Of a DNA stretch of 59,049 nucleotides, positions 46,655-56,037 are shown in pieces. The stretch lies in IMG/VR virus record IMGVR_UViG_3300020048_000003; one strand, written 5' to 3'. Numbering within the stretch: position 1 is the first letter of the stretch; every line of letters begins with the position of its first letter. Under the pieces are notes generated by a model that saw nothing but the letters and a program-made list of their open reading frames with translations, made no database searches and was not told the origin of the DNA. The DNA is from a virus. Position numbers and translations under genes: made by a program.

Positions 46655-46908
46655 AAATTATATTTATTTGCTATTTTTTTTAAATACTCTTCTTCTGTTA
46701 TAAATAAAGTTTCTCTAAAAAGACCTGGAAAAACATAATTGCTATCTGTATATCCTATTTTATAATAAGTAGAATATGGAAAGTCCAAATCATATCCTTT
46801 AATTACATAAGGTTTACCATACTCTAAAGAATGACAAATTTCGGGATCATATAAATAAACAATATCACCCTTTTCAAAGATATTTTCGTATGTTTTTATA
46901 TATTTCAT
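46651..46908 (-). CDS. array cassette protein, mini-domain type
   Basis: N MKYIKTYENIFEKGDIVYL / C KIANKYNL. Confidence 0.8.
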   Translation of the reverse strand: MKYIKTYENIFEKGDIVYLYDPEICHSLEYGKPYVIKGYDLDFPYSTYYKIGYTDSNYVFPGLFRETLFITEEEYLKKIANKYNL

Positions 46909-47276
46909 AAATTGTATTTATTTACATTTATCACCATTTCCAATTCTTCACCTTCAATCATTTTAAAATAATTAAAGAAAATTGGAACTCTCTCACTATT
47001 AAATTGGTTATTATATCCTTTAACGGTTCTGTTATTTTTAAAAATTTCTTTTTCTTTTTTGTCATTTACTATAACCATACCAGAAATACAATCTAATGGT
47101 AAATAATCATTTATACCAAATTCTTCCATTGCTCTTTGTGGATCACCATAATATCCATCAATCTTATAATAAGAATCTTTTGTGATACTTTTACTTTTTA
47201 GACTTTTTATACACTTAACAAATGGACTAACTCGCTGCATATAATATTCTTCAAATTTTTCAAATGTTTTTATCAT
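46905..47276 (-). CDS. array cassette protein
   Basis: N MIKTFEKFEEY / C INVNKYNL. Confidence 0.8.
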   Translation of the reverse strand: MIKTFEKFEEYYMQRVSPFVKCIKSLKSKSITKDSYYKIDGYYGDPQRAMEEFGINDYLPLDCISGMVIVNDKKEKEIFKNNRTVKGYNNQFNSERVPIFFNYFKMIEGEELEMVINVNKYNL

Positions 47277-47653
47277 AAATTATATTTTGTTATTTCTTCA
47301 TAATCTTTTCCAATTTTAACTGCTTCAGCAGCAGGTATATCCACAATAAATCTTAACATATCTTCTTTACTTTTAAAATGCGTTCCTATTTCAGTATCAA
47401 GACATTCTAATTTTAATTTTTCAAATGTGTCAAACACATTTTGTGTTTGTTCATCATCAATATCTAAATCATAATAAAATTCATATCTGATAATTGGTGT
47501 ATCTTCATTTGTAAATTCCCAATCAAAATAGTCTTTTTGTGGTAATTGTGATTCAATATAATATCCACAATTCTCAATTATTTTTTCATAATATTCCCAC
47601 TTAGATTGGAATTTATCTAAATCTTGATTATAATCTTCAAATGTTTTTATCAT
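47273..47653 (-). CDS. array cassette protein
   Basis: N MIKTFEDYNQ / C EITKYNL. Confidence 0.8.
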   Translation of the reverse strand: MIKTFEDYNQDLDKFQSKWEYYEKIIENCGYYIESQLPQKDYFDWEFTNEDTPIIRYEFYYDLDIDDEQTQNVFDTFEKLKLECLDTEIGTHFKSKEDMLRFIVDIPAAEAVKIGKDYEEITKYNL

Positions 47654-47997
47654 ATATTATATTTATTTGCAATTTTATGTAATTCCCTTTTTTCATGAAA
47701 ATCTGGAAACAATTTTGTGAATAATTTCTTACCTTTTTTATCCGCATAATAGTACGCATCATGCCCATATTTATTTATTAGATATGGATCTGCACCATTT
47801 GTTAGTAAAAATTTTATCCCTGTATATCTACATTCTAAGCAAGCAGTTATCAATAATGTATAATCCGCATCAAAAAAAGAATTTATATTAATTTTATCAA
47901 GTTGCTGTATCATACGTTGAATATCATCATGTCGCATGTGATAAAGAAAAGTTTCTTCTTCACTCCAATTATTTTCGTATAATTTGATATATTTCAT
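47650..47997 (-). CDS. array cassette protein, ankyrin-like
   Basis: N MKYIKLYENNW / C IANKYNI; TLLITACLECRYTGIKFLLTNGADPYLINKYGHDAYYYA. Confidence 0.8.
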   Translation of the reverse strand: MKYIKLYENNWSEEETFLYHMRHDDIQRMIQQLDKININSFFDADYTLLITACLECRYTGIKFLLTNGADPYLINKYGHDAYYYADKKGKKLFTKLFPDFHEKRELHKIANKYNI

Positions 47998-48007
47998 CTA
48001 TCTATAT

Positions 48008-48040
48008 ATAAAAAAACCTTTGAATTTTTTTCAAAGGTTA
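48008..48040 (-). terminator. intrinsic terminator inside array (CCTTTGAATTTTTTTCAAAGG hairpin + T7); near-identical twin of 30766-30785
   Basis: 8-bp stem 48017-48037 overlapping stop of 48031..48387; T-run on minus strand. Confidence 0.6.
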
Positions 48041-48387
48041 TATTTATTTGCAGTTAATTCATACTCTTCTATATTCACCATCCCGGCAAATTTATATCCT
48101 TCTTCTTCATAATAAGAATCATATAATTTTCCATAATATGGATTCCACCCCCATTTACTTGAAGAATGTTTTACCCTAGATTTTCCATTATATCCGATAA
48201 ACATATATTTATTATCAAAATTTGGATCATCACTTTTTCTAGTATATTGGTGCACACTTTTTAATAGACCTTCACTATAACTTTTTGCACATTTTATCTT
48301 CTTTAAAGAATCCTCAAATCTATCATCAGTTGGTATTAGCCAATAAAGTTTTTCATTTCTATTTTCGTATAATTTAATATATTTCAT
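48031..48387 (-). CDS. array cassette protein
   Basis: N MKYIKLYENRN / C LTANKYNL (stop embedded in terminator stem). Confidence 0.8.
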   Translation of the reverse strand: MKYIKLYENRNEKLYWLIPTDDRFEDSLKKIKCAKSYSEGLLKSVHQYTRKSDDPNFDNKYMFIGYNGKSRVKHSSSKWGWNPYYGKLYDSYYEEEGYKFAGMVNIEEYELTANKYNL

Positions 48388-49097
48388 AAGTTGTATTTAT
48401 TACTAGAGAATAAATATCCATATTCTTCTCTTATTTTTTTGTGTATTTTATTATCATCAAATTTTGAAATTTCATCTGGATACATCTCACATAATAGTTT
48501 TTGAAAAGGATAATTTTTTCCCTTTGTCCATCCATTTAAATCATTTTTTCTATTCATATGTGGATTAAATGTAGTTTCTATAAAACAACCAGCTTTTAAA
48601 AGTATAATTGCATTTTCATACGCTTTATTAAAAGTAGCATGAAATATTGGTAAAACACCTGAATTATTTGGTGTATTAATATCTGCACCTTGTTCTATTA
48701 AATATTTTAATATCTTGCCAGATATAGAAGATTTTATACCTGCTGCAGAATATATTGCAGTTGAATTACAACTATTATGAGCCTCTAAATCAGCACCATT
48801 TTCTACTAAACATTTTATCAGATTGAAATCTTGTAAATCAACAGACATCATTAATAAAGACCCCCAATTATTTGCAGGATCATGAACATTTATATCAGCA
48901 CCTTTATCAATAAGTTTTTGAACTTTAGAAATTGATACTTTTTTGAAATTCTTAATATCAAAACTAAGATCTTTTCTGGTTCTATCTGTTCGTATTTTTT
49001 CCCATTCTGTGATTATTTGATCGTAAATCAGATGAAGAAGTTCATCTGTTGGAGATATTTTTATTTTTTTGGTATATGCCTCAAATAGTGTTATCAT
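48384..49097 (-). CDS. array cassette protein, ankyrin-repeat (237 aa, at least 4 repeats)
   Basis: N MITLFEAYTK / C SSNKYNL; NNWGSLLMMSVDLQDFNLIKCLVENGADLEAHNSCNSTAIYSAAG... Confidence 0.85.
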   Translation of the reverse strand: MITLFEAYTKKIKISPTDELLHLIYDQIITEWEKIRTDRTRKDLSFDIKNFKKVSISKVQKLIDKGADINVHDPANNWGSLLMMSVDLQDFNLIKCLVENGADLEAHNSCNSTAIYSAAGIKSSISGKILKYLIEQGADINTPNNSGVLPIFHATFNKAYENAIILLKAGCFIETTFNPHMNRKNDLNGWTKGKNYPFQKLLCEMYPDEISKFDDNKIHKKIREEYGYLFSSNKYNL

Positions 49098-49501
49098 AGA
49101 TTATATTTTTTTGTTGTTGGGTGATCATAATAACCTACAAGTTTTATTAATTCTTCTTCTAATTTTTTCATATTTTTAAACATAAAAATTGTTTCTAAAA
49201 ATAAAAGTTCTGGATTATTACCACCATCATCATCAAGTACAGAAAATTTATATTTACCATAAAAAGTCAACCAACTTAAATATTCATATATTTTCAAAAA
49301 AACTTCAGCGTTTAAATCCTTCACTAAAAATTCTATTGTTAAGGCTATACTATTTTCATCATTATCTAATATTTCAGTATTACCGTAATCAATTCCCTTA
49401 AAAAAATGTTTTAGTATAGATTCACCATACCATTCATATTCTTCAAAACCTTCTTCAACATTGCTTAATGTTGAATTCTCATATATTTTTTTAATTTTCA
49501 T
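49094..49501 (-). CDS. array cassette protein
   Basis: N MKIKKIYENS / C TTKKYNL. Confidence 0.8.
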   Translation of the reverse strand: MKIKKIYENSTLSNVEEGFEEYEWYGESILKHFFKGIDYGNTEILDNDENSIALTIEFLVKDLNAEVFLKIYEYLSWLTFYGKYKFSVLDDDGGNNPELLFLETIFMFKNMKKLEEELIKLVGYYDHPTTKKYNL

Positions 49502-49578
49502 AAGTTATATTTTTTTACATCAAAAAATAAATCCAAATCAATAGTTATTTTACTTTCAAACCGTTTTAAATATTTCAT
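49498..49578 (-). CDS. empty cassette: 26-aa mini-ORF MKYLKRFESKITIDLDLFFDVKKYNL made only of the N-tag and C-tag
   Basis: Manual translation; ATGA overlaps on both sides keep the translational-coupling chain intact; below ORF-track cut-off. Confidence 0.6.
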   Translation of the reverse strand: MKYLKRFESKITIDLDLFFDVKKYNL

Positions 49579-50102
49579 AAATTATATTTTCTCATATTTT
49601 GATACAATTCCAATTTATTATTATCAATTTTGCACTCTAAATCATTTCCATATGAAATCATTTCCATTCCACATTCTTCACATATACCTTTTTTTCCATG
49701 TTTTATATCATTTCTTATTGTATTACATAAAGGACAACGTATTTTATCTCCTTTACGATAATCACTATGGATTAAATGTTCTTTTGTATAAGTTTTTGTG
49801 TATTCAACCTCAGGATCTCTATGATATCCTCTAAAATCATTTTTATATAAATTAACATTAACCTGGTTTATTGTTAATCCATTTCCATATGTTTGCATTT
49901 CTGTTTTACAATTTTTACATCTTCTTATTTCTCCTGTACTCATATCATCCATCTCTGTTTTACAAACAGGACATTTCATATAAACTTTCGTGACAACTTT
50001 TCTTGTTGGATCAATTCTAGACATAGCAGTTTCTCTAAAAGTATAATCACTTTTAGAAAATTTATTTGGCATCTTTCCTTCAAATAATTTCAAATATTTC
50101 AT
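49575..50102 (-). CDS. array cassette protein with two zinc-ribbon modules (internal duplication)
   Basis: N MKYLKLFEGKM / C NMRKYNL; KCPVCKTEM...RRCKNCKTEM and RCPLCNTIR...GICEECGMEM. Confidence 0.8.
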   Translation of the reverse strand: MKYLKLFEGKMPNKFSKSDYTFRETAMSRIDPTRKVVTKVYMKCPVCKTEMDDMSTGEIRRCKNCKTEMQTYGNGLTINQVNVNLYKNDFRGYHRDPEVEYTKTYTKEHLIHSDYRKGDKIRCPLCNTIRNDIKHGKKGICEECGMEMISYGNDLECKIDNNKLELYQNMRKYNL

Positions 50103-50593
50103 AAATTATACTTTTTTGCCATTCTTCGCATTTCTGCATCTTTTCTATATTGATATACTTTTTCAAGTCTTTCCATTATATTATTTATAAATATATCTAT
50201 CGTTATACCACCACCAGAATATTCCCACATGAAATTTTTATCTGATGTTTTTCCAAATAACACACCTTTTAATTTTTTAACATAAATAATATCAACGACT
50301 ATATTTGTTGAATATTCAAATATAGGGTTAACGCGAATTCCAATTTCATCATTAAGTAAAAAACATCTATTATCTATATTAAATTTATTATAACGATCAA
50401 AATTATTTGAAGAAGTACCTCGTTTTAGTTTTTGTGAAAATTGTTCAATTAAATAATTATAAGCTTCAGTATTTAACTTTTTTTTAATTTCTTCTTGCTG
50501 AACATTCAATTCTCTTAATCTCTGACTATGAATTTTTTTCTCCGCATAAATTTTCTTTAACTCACTTGTATATTCTTTGTAATTCTGTATCAT
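50099..50593 (-). CDS. array cassette protein
   Basis: N MIQNYKEYTS / C RMAKKYNL. Confidence 0.8.
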   Translation of the reverse strand: MIQNYKEYTSELKKIYAEKKIHSQRLRELNVQQEEIKKKLNTEAYNYLIEQFSQKLKRGTSSNNFDRYNKFNIDNRCFLLNDEIGIRVNPIFEYSTNIVVDIIYVKKLKGVLFGKTSDKNFMWEYSGGGITIDIFINNIMERLEKVYQYRKDAEMRRMAKKYNL

Positions 50594-50913
50594 TATAAAT
50601 TATAATTTTTTGCGTTTTTATATAATTCTGGATCTTCCATAAATTTTAATAAATTATTATATTCTCTAAATGTAAAATGTACTTCTTGCTGGTATCCACT
50701 ATATTCACTTTTTTTGTAATATTGTACAACAAAAGTTTTATCATGTCTACTATCAAAATAAAATTCAAATGAATATTTATATCCTTTCAAATCATGATTC
50801 TTTTGAAAATCAGTATCATAATTTATAAAATCATCTATGGTTTTACAAATTGATTTTTTAAAATCTGATAATTTTTTTTCTTCTTGTTTATACTCTTCAA
50901 ATTTAGTTAACAT
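50593..50913 (-). CDS. array cassette protein
   Basis: N MLTKFEEYKQ / C KNAKNYNL. Confidence 0.8.
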   Translation of the reverse strand: MLTKFEEYKQEEKKLSDFKKSICKTIDDFINYDTDFQKNHDLKGYKYSFEFYFDSRHDKTFVVQYYKKSEYSGYQQEVHFTFREYNNLLKFMEDPELYKNAKNYNL

Positions 50914-50914
50914 T

Positions 50915-51271
50915 TTATAAATTATATTTTTCTGCTTCTATTTCGTGATCTCCAACTTCAACTTTACCCATAAAAACTGATGGTTTACGGTAACTAGGTT
51001 CTTTATAATTTAAATCTGCCCAAACCCAATCATATGATTCATCTTCATCACTCCATGTTTTAAAAACGAATACTTCATAATCTGGATTATCCTCATCCTC
51101 AAACATACCTATAAAATACTCGATCTCATCTTCAGGCATGTCAATTTTTTTCAAAGCAACACTAAAATATGGTTGTTTTGTATTTACTTGCCAATGAAAA
51201 GAATTACGAACATCATCATATTTTAACCTGTCTTCTAAAGTTGAAGTTTCATATGTTCTTATATATTTCAT
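50915..51271 (-). CDS. array cassette protein
   Basis: N MKYIRTYETS / C HEIEAEKYNL. Confidence 0.8.
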   Translation of the reverse strand: MKYIRTYETSTLEDRLKYDDVRNSFHWQVNTKQPYFSVALKKIDMPEDEIEYFIGMFEDEDNPDYEVFVFKTWSDEDESYDWVWADLNYKEPSYRKPSVFMGKVEVGDHEIEAEKYNL

Positions 51272-51627
51272 AAATTATATTTATTTGCGTCTTTTTCTAA
51301 TTGAAATTTTTCCATATACATATTTATAGTATAATCGTCTAAATGAAAAAGATAGTATATCCTTGAATAAGAAGAATCATCAACTATTTCAGTTTCAAAC
51401 ATCCATCCTGAATATCCCATAAAAATTTCAAATTTTTCTATACTTTCAACCGTTTCTTTAAATATAGAACTAAAACAAATTTTAAATTTAAATACATCAA
51501 CACTAACATCGTATTTTATGACAATATCATCAAATTCATCTAATCCAATAAAAAACTTTTGAATAACTAATTTTTTAAATTCTTTTGCTAAATCTTTATT
51601 GTTTTCGTATAATTTCTTTATCTTCAT
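51268..51627 (-). CDS. array cassette protein
   Basis: N MKIKKLYENNK / C KDANKYNL. Confidence 0.8.
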   Translation of the reverse strand: MKIKKLYENNKDLAKEFKKLVIQKFFIGLDEFDDIVIKYDVSVDVFKFKICFSSIFKETVESIEKFEIFMGYSGWMFETEIVDDSSYSRIYYLFHLDDYTINMYMEKFQLEKDANKYNL

Positions 51628-51629
51628 AA

Positions 51630-52040
51630 TTATAAATTATATTTATTTACTGCGTTTTGTAAATCATATTCTTTTAGATATTCTTTACATATTTTTGGAA
51701 CTCTTTCTCTTAAATATTCAATAATTTCTTTCTGATATTTATGTGCAAACAAGTGAACAAAATCTCTATTAAAGTTATCCCTTACATTTAAATCTGCGCC
51801 TTCTTTTATTAAAATTATCATCATTTCTTTTAAAACTAATTTTTTAATACTTTTAGTTAAATTAGGTAAACTGGATTCCCAAATATTTGCGATTGTCATT
51901 AATGGTGTTAACTCATATTCGTCTCTGATATTTACATCAATACCAGAGTTTATTTTTGATATAAAATAATCATAATCACATTTTTCTATTGCTTCAAATA
52001 TATCTAAACTTTTTGCTTCGTATAATTTCTTTATCTTCAT
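51630..52040 (-). CDS. array cassette protein, ankyrin-like
   Basis: N MKIKKLYEAKS / C AVNKYNL; ELTPLMTIANIW...LIKEGADLNVRDNFNRDFVHLFA. Confidence 0.75.
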   Translation of the reverse strand: MKIKKLYEAKSLDIFEAIEKCDYDYFISKINSGIDVNIRDEYELTPLMTIANIWESSLPNLTKSIKKLVLKEMMIILIKEGADLNVRDNFNRDFVHLFAHKYQKEIIEYLRERVPKICKEYLKEYDLQNAVNKYNL

Positions 52041-52042
52041 AA

Positions 52043-52336
52043 TTATAAATTATATTTATTTGCTGCTCTTATTAATTCTAATCTATCTTCAATTTCTTTT
52101 CTATCTCTCTTTAGATATTCACCTTTGATTATTAAATATGGAGGTTTATCGTTTAATTCCATCCATTCTTCACTTGTTATCATCATCATCTCACCTGTTG
52201 CTTTTCCATCACTATCAATTTCAAATATTACAGATTTTTTATCTTCCATCATATCATGAAATCTGCCCGAATTCATTGAACCTGAGGCATCAAGAAGAGT
52301 ATGACGAAAAAATTCATATGTTTTAATATTTTTCAT
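52043..52336 (-). CDS. array cassette protein
   Basis: N MKNIKTYEFF / C RAANKYNL. Confidence 0.8.
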   Translation of the reverse strand: MKNIKTYEFFRHTLLDASGSMNSGRFHDMMEDKKSVIFEIDSDGKATGEMMMITSEEWMELNDKPPYLIIKGEYLKRDRKEIEDRLELIRAANKYNL

Positions 52337-52338
52337 TT

Positions 52339-52719
52339 TTATAAATTATATTTAAATGCTTGTTCTTCCCAAGGTTTTAATTTTAAAGTAATCAAATCCT
52401 TTTCTTCTATTTTATACCATTTTAATGCATATTCTTTTGTACTAAATTCACCCTTATTATTATTTATAGTAAAAAAATTGTGATGTTTCTTTTTATACAT
52501 ATCAAATATTTGAATTATAAGACCATCAGGATATCTACTTTCATGTAATCTTTTAATATCATTTACTATATCTTCTGTCAATTTTGGTGTAATATTTTTT
52601 ATTCTTCTAATTAAAATTTCAGCTTCTCTAAAATGAGAATAGGGTATATAAAAAATTTTTTTTGGTAAATATCTCAGCATATTATCTACAGCATCCTCAT
52701 ACATTTTCAAATGTTTCAT
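52339..52719 (-). CDS. array cassette protein
   Basis: N MKHLKMYEDAV / C EQAFKYNL. Confidence 0.8.
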   Translation of the reverse strand: MKHLKMYEDAVDNMLRYLPKKIFYIPYSHFREAEILIRRIKNITPKLTEDIVNDIKRLHESRYPDGLIIQIFDMYKKKHHNFFTINNNKGEFSTKEYALKWYKIEEKDLITLKLKPWEEQAFKYNL

Positions 52720-53219
52720 AAGTTATATTTATCCATTGCTTTTTTTAATTCCCATTTATCAAAACTTTTCTTCTCATATTTTTTAACTTGTGTTTCAAAT
52801 TGTTTTAATCCATCTAATATATCTCCAATTGTATTAGAATTCATAACTATAACATCAAGAGTGTGTAAATACATAGTTAAAAATGGTAATCCATGGATTT
52901 TTTTTCTTGCAGTATCTATATCATAACCAACTCTAACTAAAAATGTTTCTATAACTACTTCTTTACTAGATAATTGAACTTTTTTTGAATTCGGTTCTAA
53001 TTCTATTTCTCTTATTCTTGGATCCTTTTCATAATCAGTATCTAAGATTTTTACACAGCCATATAACATTGAATGTGGATGAAAATTTTCATAAATGGAT
53101 TCTCTCATTCCAAATTGAATTTTACCTTTATTTGCAACTCCATTTTGTAGTTTGGTGATTTTCAAATATTTATCAATCTCCACTACATTTAGACCTTCAT
53201 ATAATTTTATAAATTTCAT
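52716..53219 (-). CDS. array cassette protein
   Basis: N MKFIKLYEGLN / C KAMDKYNL. Confidence 0.8.
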   Translation of the reverse strand: MKFIKLYEGLNVVEIDKYLKITKLQNGVANKGKIQFGMRESIYENFHPHSMLYGCVKILDTDYEKDPRIREIELEPNSKKVQLSSKEVVIETFLVRVGYDIDTARKKIHGLPFLTMYLHTLDVIVMNSNTIGDILDGLKQFETQVKKYEKKSFDKWELKKAMDKYNL

Positions 53220-53584
53220 AAGTTATATTTTTTTGAAATTTCAAGAATATCTAACATTTCTTCTGCATCTTTTTTATCGTTTGTTTGATATATAATATGT
53301 GGTTTTATATAAGACATTCTTTCTGTATTATAATTATACTTACCAAATAAGATTTCTAATTTACCATTTTTATAAAAACGAAGTTGTTCTATTTGAACAT
53401 CCTTATCATATACTATTCCATCAGGATCAACTTTACGAACTCTAAATAAAAGTATTGTTATTCCACCATTTCTAAAATTTGTAAAATTTTCTACAATAAT
53501 ATATTCTTTAAGTCCGGCACTTTCTCTATCCTTATCACGATAACCAATATCGTTAAAACTTTCATTAAATTTTAATATTTTCAT
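53216..53584 (-). CDS. array cassette protein
   Basis: N MKILKFNESF / C ISKKYNL. Confidence 0.8.
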   Translation of the reverse strand: MKILKFNESFNDIGYRDKDRESAGLKEYIIVENFTNFRNGGITILLFRVRKVDPDGIVYDKDVQIEQLRFYKNGKLEILFGKYNYNTERMSYIKPHIIYQTNDKKDAEEMLDILEISKKYNL

Positions 53585-54012
53585 AAGTTATATTTTATTG
53601 CTGCTTTTTCTGCTTCTTCCATATCAATCCAATCTTTTATTTCTTCATCCGATGCTTTTAATTCTCCCATATATTTAAAACTGGCATCATCTTCTTCTTG
53701 ATTATACCATTTATCTAACGCACTCCAAGTGAAATAACCATTTGGATAATCTTCTCTTGGCACTGAAGTTTGTAAAATTATATATTCAATAGAAGGATCA
53801 GGCATTCTTGATTTTTCATTTCTTGAAAATAATCCACTTCTATGTAAATTTTTCCATTGTTTAAATTGTTCATCTGGCATACCTGCTTTTTTTAAACAAA
53901 TATAAAAATCAGGTAATTTAATTGGTATTTTCCATTTTTTACCTTTTGGTTTTTCGTATGGTTCCCATCCTTTTACAAAATCTTCTATTCTATATTTCTT
54001 TATATGCTTCAT
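53581..54012 (-). CDS. array cassette protein
   Basis: N MKHIKKYRIED / C KAAIKYNL. Confidence 0.8.
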   Translation of the reverse strand: MKHIKKYRIEDFVKGWEPYEKPKGKKWKIPIKLPDFYICLKKAGMPDEQFKQWKNLHRSGLFSRNEKSRMPDPSIEYIILQTSVPREDYPNGYFTWSALDKWYNQEEDDASFKYMGELKASDEEIKDWIDMEEAEKAAIKYNL

Positions 54013-54015
54013 TTA

Positions 54016-54348
54016 CTAGAGATTATATTTATTTGTATCATTGAAAAAATCATACTCTTTAACTGCTTCAGCCATAGTATCAAAAAATTTAAGTATTTTA
54101 ATGTCTGTTATATGTTGAGCATCAGACTTAAATGTTTCCCAAGCTTGATAATGATCTTCCCATTCATAATACTCAATGTTAATAAAATATGTATTTAATA
54201 CGACTTTTATAAGTTTACCAATAAAAAGATTACCATCAAAACTTACATGTTCAAATATCATGAATCTACCTTCATTTTGTGCATATTCTTTAGATAACCT
54301 ATTAAGTTTATCCAATACTTCACCTTCAAATAATTTTAAATATTTCAT
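54016..54348 (-). CDS. array cassette protein
   Basis: N MKYLKLFEGEV / C NDTNKYNL. Confidence 0.8.
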   Translation of the reverse strand: MKYLKLFEGEVLDKLNRLSKEYAQNEGRFMIFEHVSFDGNLFIGKLIKVVLNTYFINIEYYEWEDHYQAWETFKSDAQHITDIKILKFFDTMAEAVKEYDFFNDTNKYNL

Positions 54349-54716
54349 AAGTTATATATTATTGCTGCAATTTCATAATCTTCAATTCTTAATTCACCAC
54401 CATATTTATAACCATCTCTTGTATATTCTTCATATCCACTTTTTACATCATTTCTTTCATTACAAATCCAATATTCATAATTAGCATTATCATTATATTT
54501 TGGTAAAATACCAATATAAATACCATTACAGTTTTCATTCTTCACACCAGATAAAACATATCCATCTGAAAAAATTTCATTTTTTACATCATCATCAATA
54601 TCCAAACGTGTGAGCACCAACTTAATCAATTCTACTGTATTATGTGGAATGAAGAAAAAAGTGTTAAAATTCTTTCTTCTGGTTCTTCTAATTTCAAATA
54701 ATTTCAAATATTTCAT
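54345..54716 (-). CDS. array cassette protein
   Basis: N MKYLKLFEIRR / C EIAAIIYNL. Confidence 0.8.
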   Translation of the reverse strand: MKYLKLFEIRRTRRKNFNTFFFIPHNTVELIKLVLTRLDIDDDVKNEIFSDGYVLSGVKNENCNGIYIGILPKYNDNANYEYWICNERNDVKSGYEEYTRDGYKYGGELRIEDYEIAAIIYNL

Positions 54717-54721
54717 AACTT

Positions 54722-55180
54722 TCAGAGATTATATTTATTTGATGTTAAATAAATATCTATATTGTCTAATTCTTTTGCTAATATACCATTTTCAAAATTC
54801 CAACCATATTCAGTTTTCTTTTTACAAACAGCATCAAATATATTATCTATTGATTTAATTTTATTTTTTAATTTAGTTTCACAACTACCACAATCATATT
54901 TAATCCAAAGACCATCCTTTTTATAATCAAACTGAAAAATGAAATAATTATTAAGAGTAGTAAACACTAATGACAATATTTTCCATTTTCCAATTCTTTC
55001 TTCTTTTTGGTTTGCCTCTAAATCTAAATAATTAACATATGTTTCATCTAATGTTTTTTTTATAATATTTCTTAAAAATTCTCTTATCTTGATAACTTCA
55101 GGTTCAACTTCAAAATATCTTATTTCTACTGGAGTTTCAGCCTTAATTCTAACTTGTTCAAATGTTTTAATATGTTTCAT
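54722..55180 (-). CDS. array cassette protein (start corrected to internal MKHIKTFEQV)
   Basis: Track ORF 54722..55219 runs into upstream gene; family N-tag at 55180; C LTSNKYNL. Confidence 0.7.
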   Translation of the reverse strand: MKHIKTFEQVRIKAETPVEIRYFEVEPEVIKIREFLRNIIKKTLDETYVNYLDLEANQKEERIGKWKILSLVFTTLNNYFIFQFDYKKDGLWIKYDCGSCETKLKNKIKSIDNIFDAVCKKKTEYGWNFENGILAKELDNIDIYLTSNKYNL

Positions 55181-55181
55181 T

Positions 55182-55466
55182 TCAGAGATTGTATTTTTTT
55201 GCGTTGTATTCCCATTCATATAAAAACATTTTTTCAGGAATTATATAACCTATTTTATTATCATCTTTATCATATACACGATAATAGTATCTAATACTTG
55301 ATGATATCACGTCATATATTTTATATTTTTCACCTATTTCACATCTATTTGAATCTGATTGATATGGATTTGTATATCGTCTACCAATAAAAATAACTTC
55401 TTCATCAATCTTAAATTTAGAATCTTCAATTGGTTTCTGACCTTCAAATGTTTTAATATATTTCAT
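55182..55466 (-). CDS. array cassette protein
   Basis: N MKYIKTFEGQ / C YNAKKYNL. Confidence 0.8.
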   Translation of the reverse strand: MKYIKTFEGQKPIEDSKFKIDEEVIFIGRRYTNPYQSDSNRCEIGEKYKIYDVISSSIRYYYRVYDKDDNKIGYIIPEKMFLYEWEYNAKKYNL

Positions 55467-55765
55467 AAGTTATATTTATTCAAATTTATATAAAATTCAA
55501 TTTCATCTTCAGTTAATTTTCTATTTATTCTATCTTCTATTATATAAATAAATTCTTCATCATTATATTTAGTCAATCTTTCAGATACATTAAAACCTTC
55601 ATATTGAATCCTTTGATATTTAGTATCTAAATGAAAATTAACTCCTTCAATATCGGTTATTCTCATTACTTTACTATTATCATATAACACAATATCATTG
55701 ATTTTATACTTTGCTATTTTTTTTAAATCAACATAACTAATTTCAAATGTTTTAATATATTTCAT
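55463..55765 (-). CDS. array cassette protein, mini-domain type
   Basis: N MKYIKTFEIS...KINDIVLY / C LTEDEIEFYINLNKYNL. Confidence 0.8.
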   Translation of the reverse strand: MKYIKTFEISYVDLKKIAKYKINDIVLYDNSKVMRITDIEGVNFHLDTKYQRIQYEGFNVSERLTKYNDEEFIYIIEDRINRKLTEDEIEFYINLNKYNL

Positions 55766-56037
55766 AAGTTATATGTTTCAGCACTATTTTTTAATTCAAA
55801 TTCCTCATAATCTTCTGATGTTGCTAATCTTAAAATTTGAAATTCATATGCACCATCTACTTTTTTATTATTTTTAGGATATTTATTTTCTATTTGGTAA
55901 CTTGTAGGTACAATATCAAAAATAGTTCCGATTCTCTCTTCTTCTTTTTCCATTGTATAATCATAATACGTATAAATAATAGTATCACCAACTCTATAAG
56001 GGCGATTCAATTCTTCATATGTTCTAATATATTTCAT
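55762..56037 (-). CDS. array cassette protein, mini-domain type
   Basis: N MKYIRTYEELNRPYRVGDTIIY / C KNSAETYNL. Confidence 0.8.
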   Translation of the reverse strand: MKYIRTYEELNRPYRVGDTIIYTYYDYTMEKEEERIGTIFDIVPTSYQIENKYPKNNKKVDGAYEFQILRLATSEDYEEFELKNSAETYNL

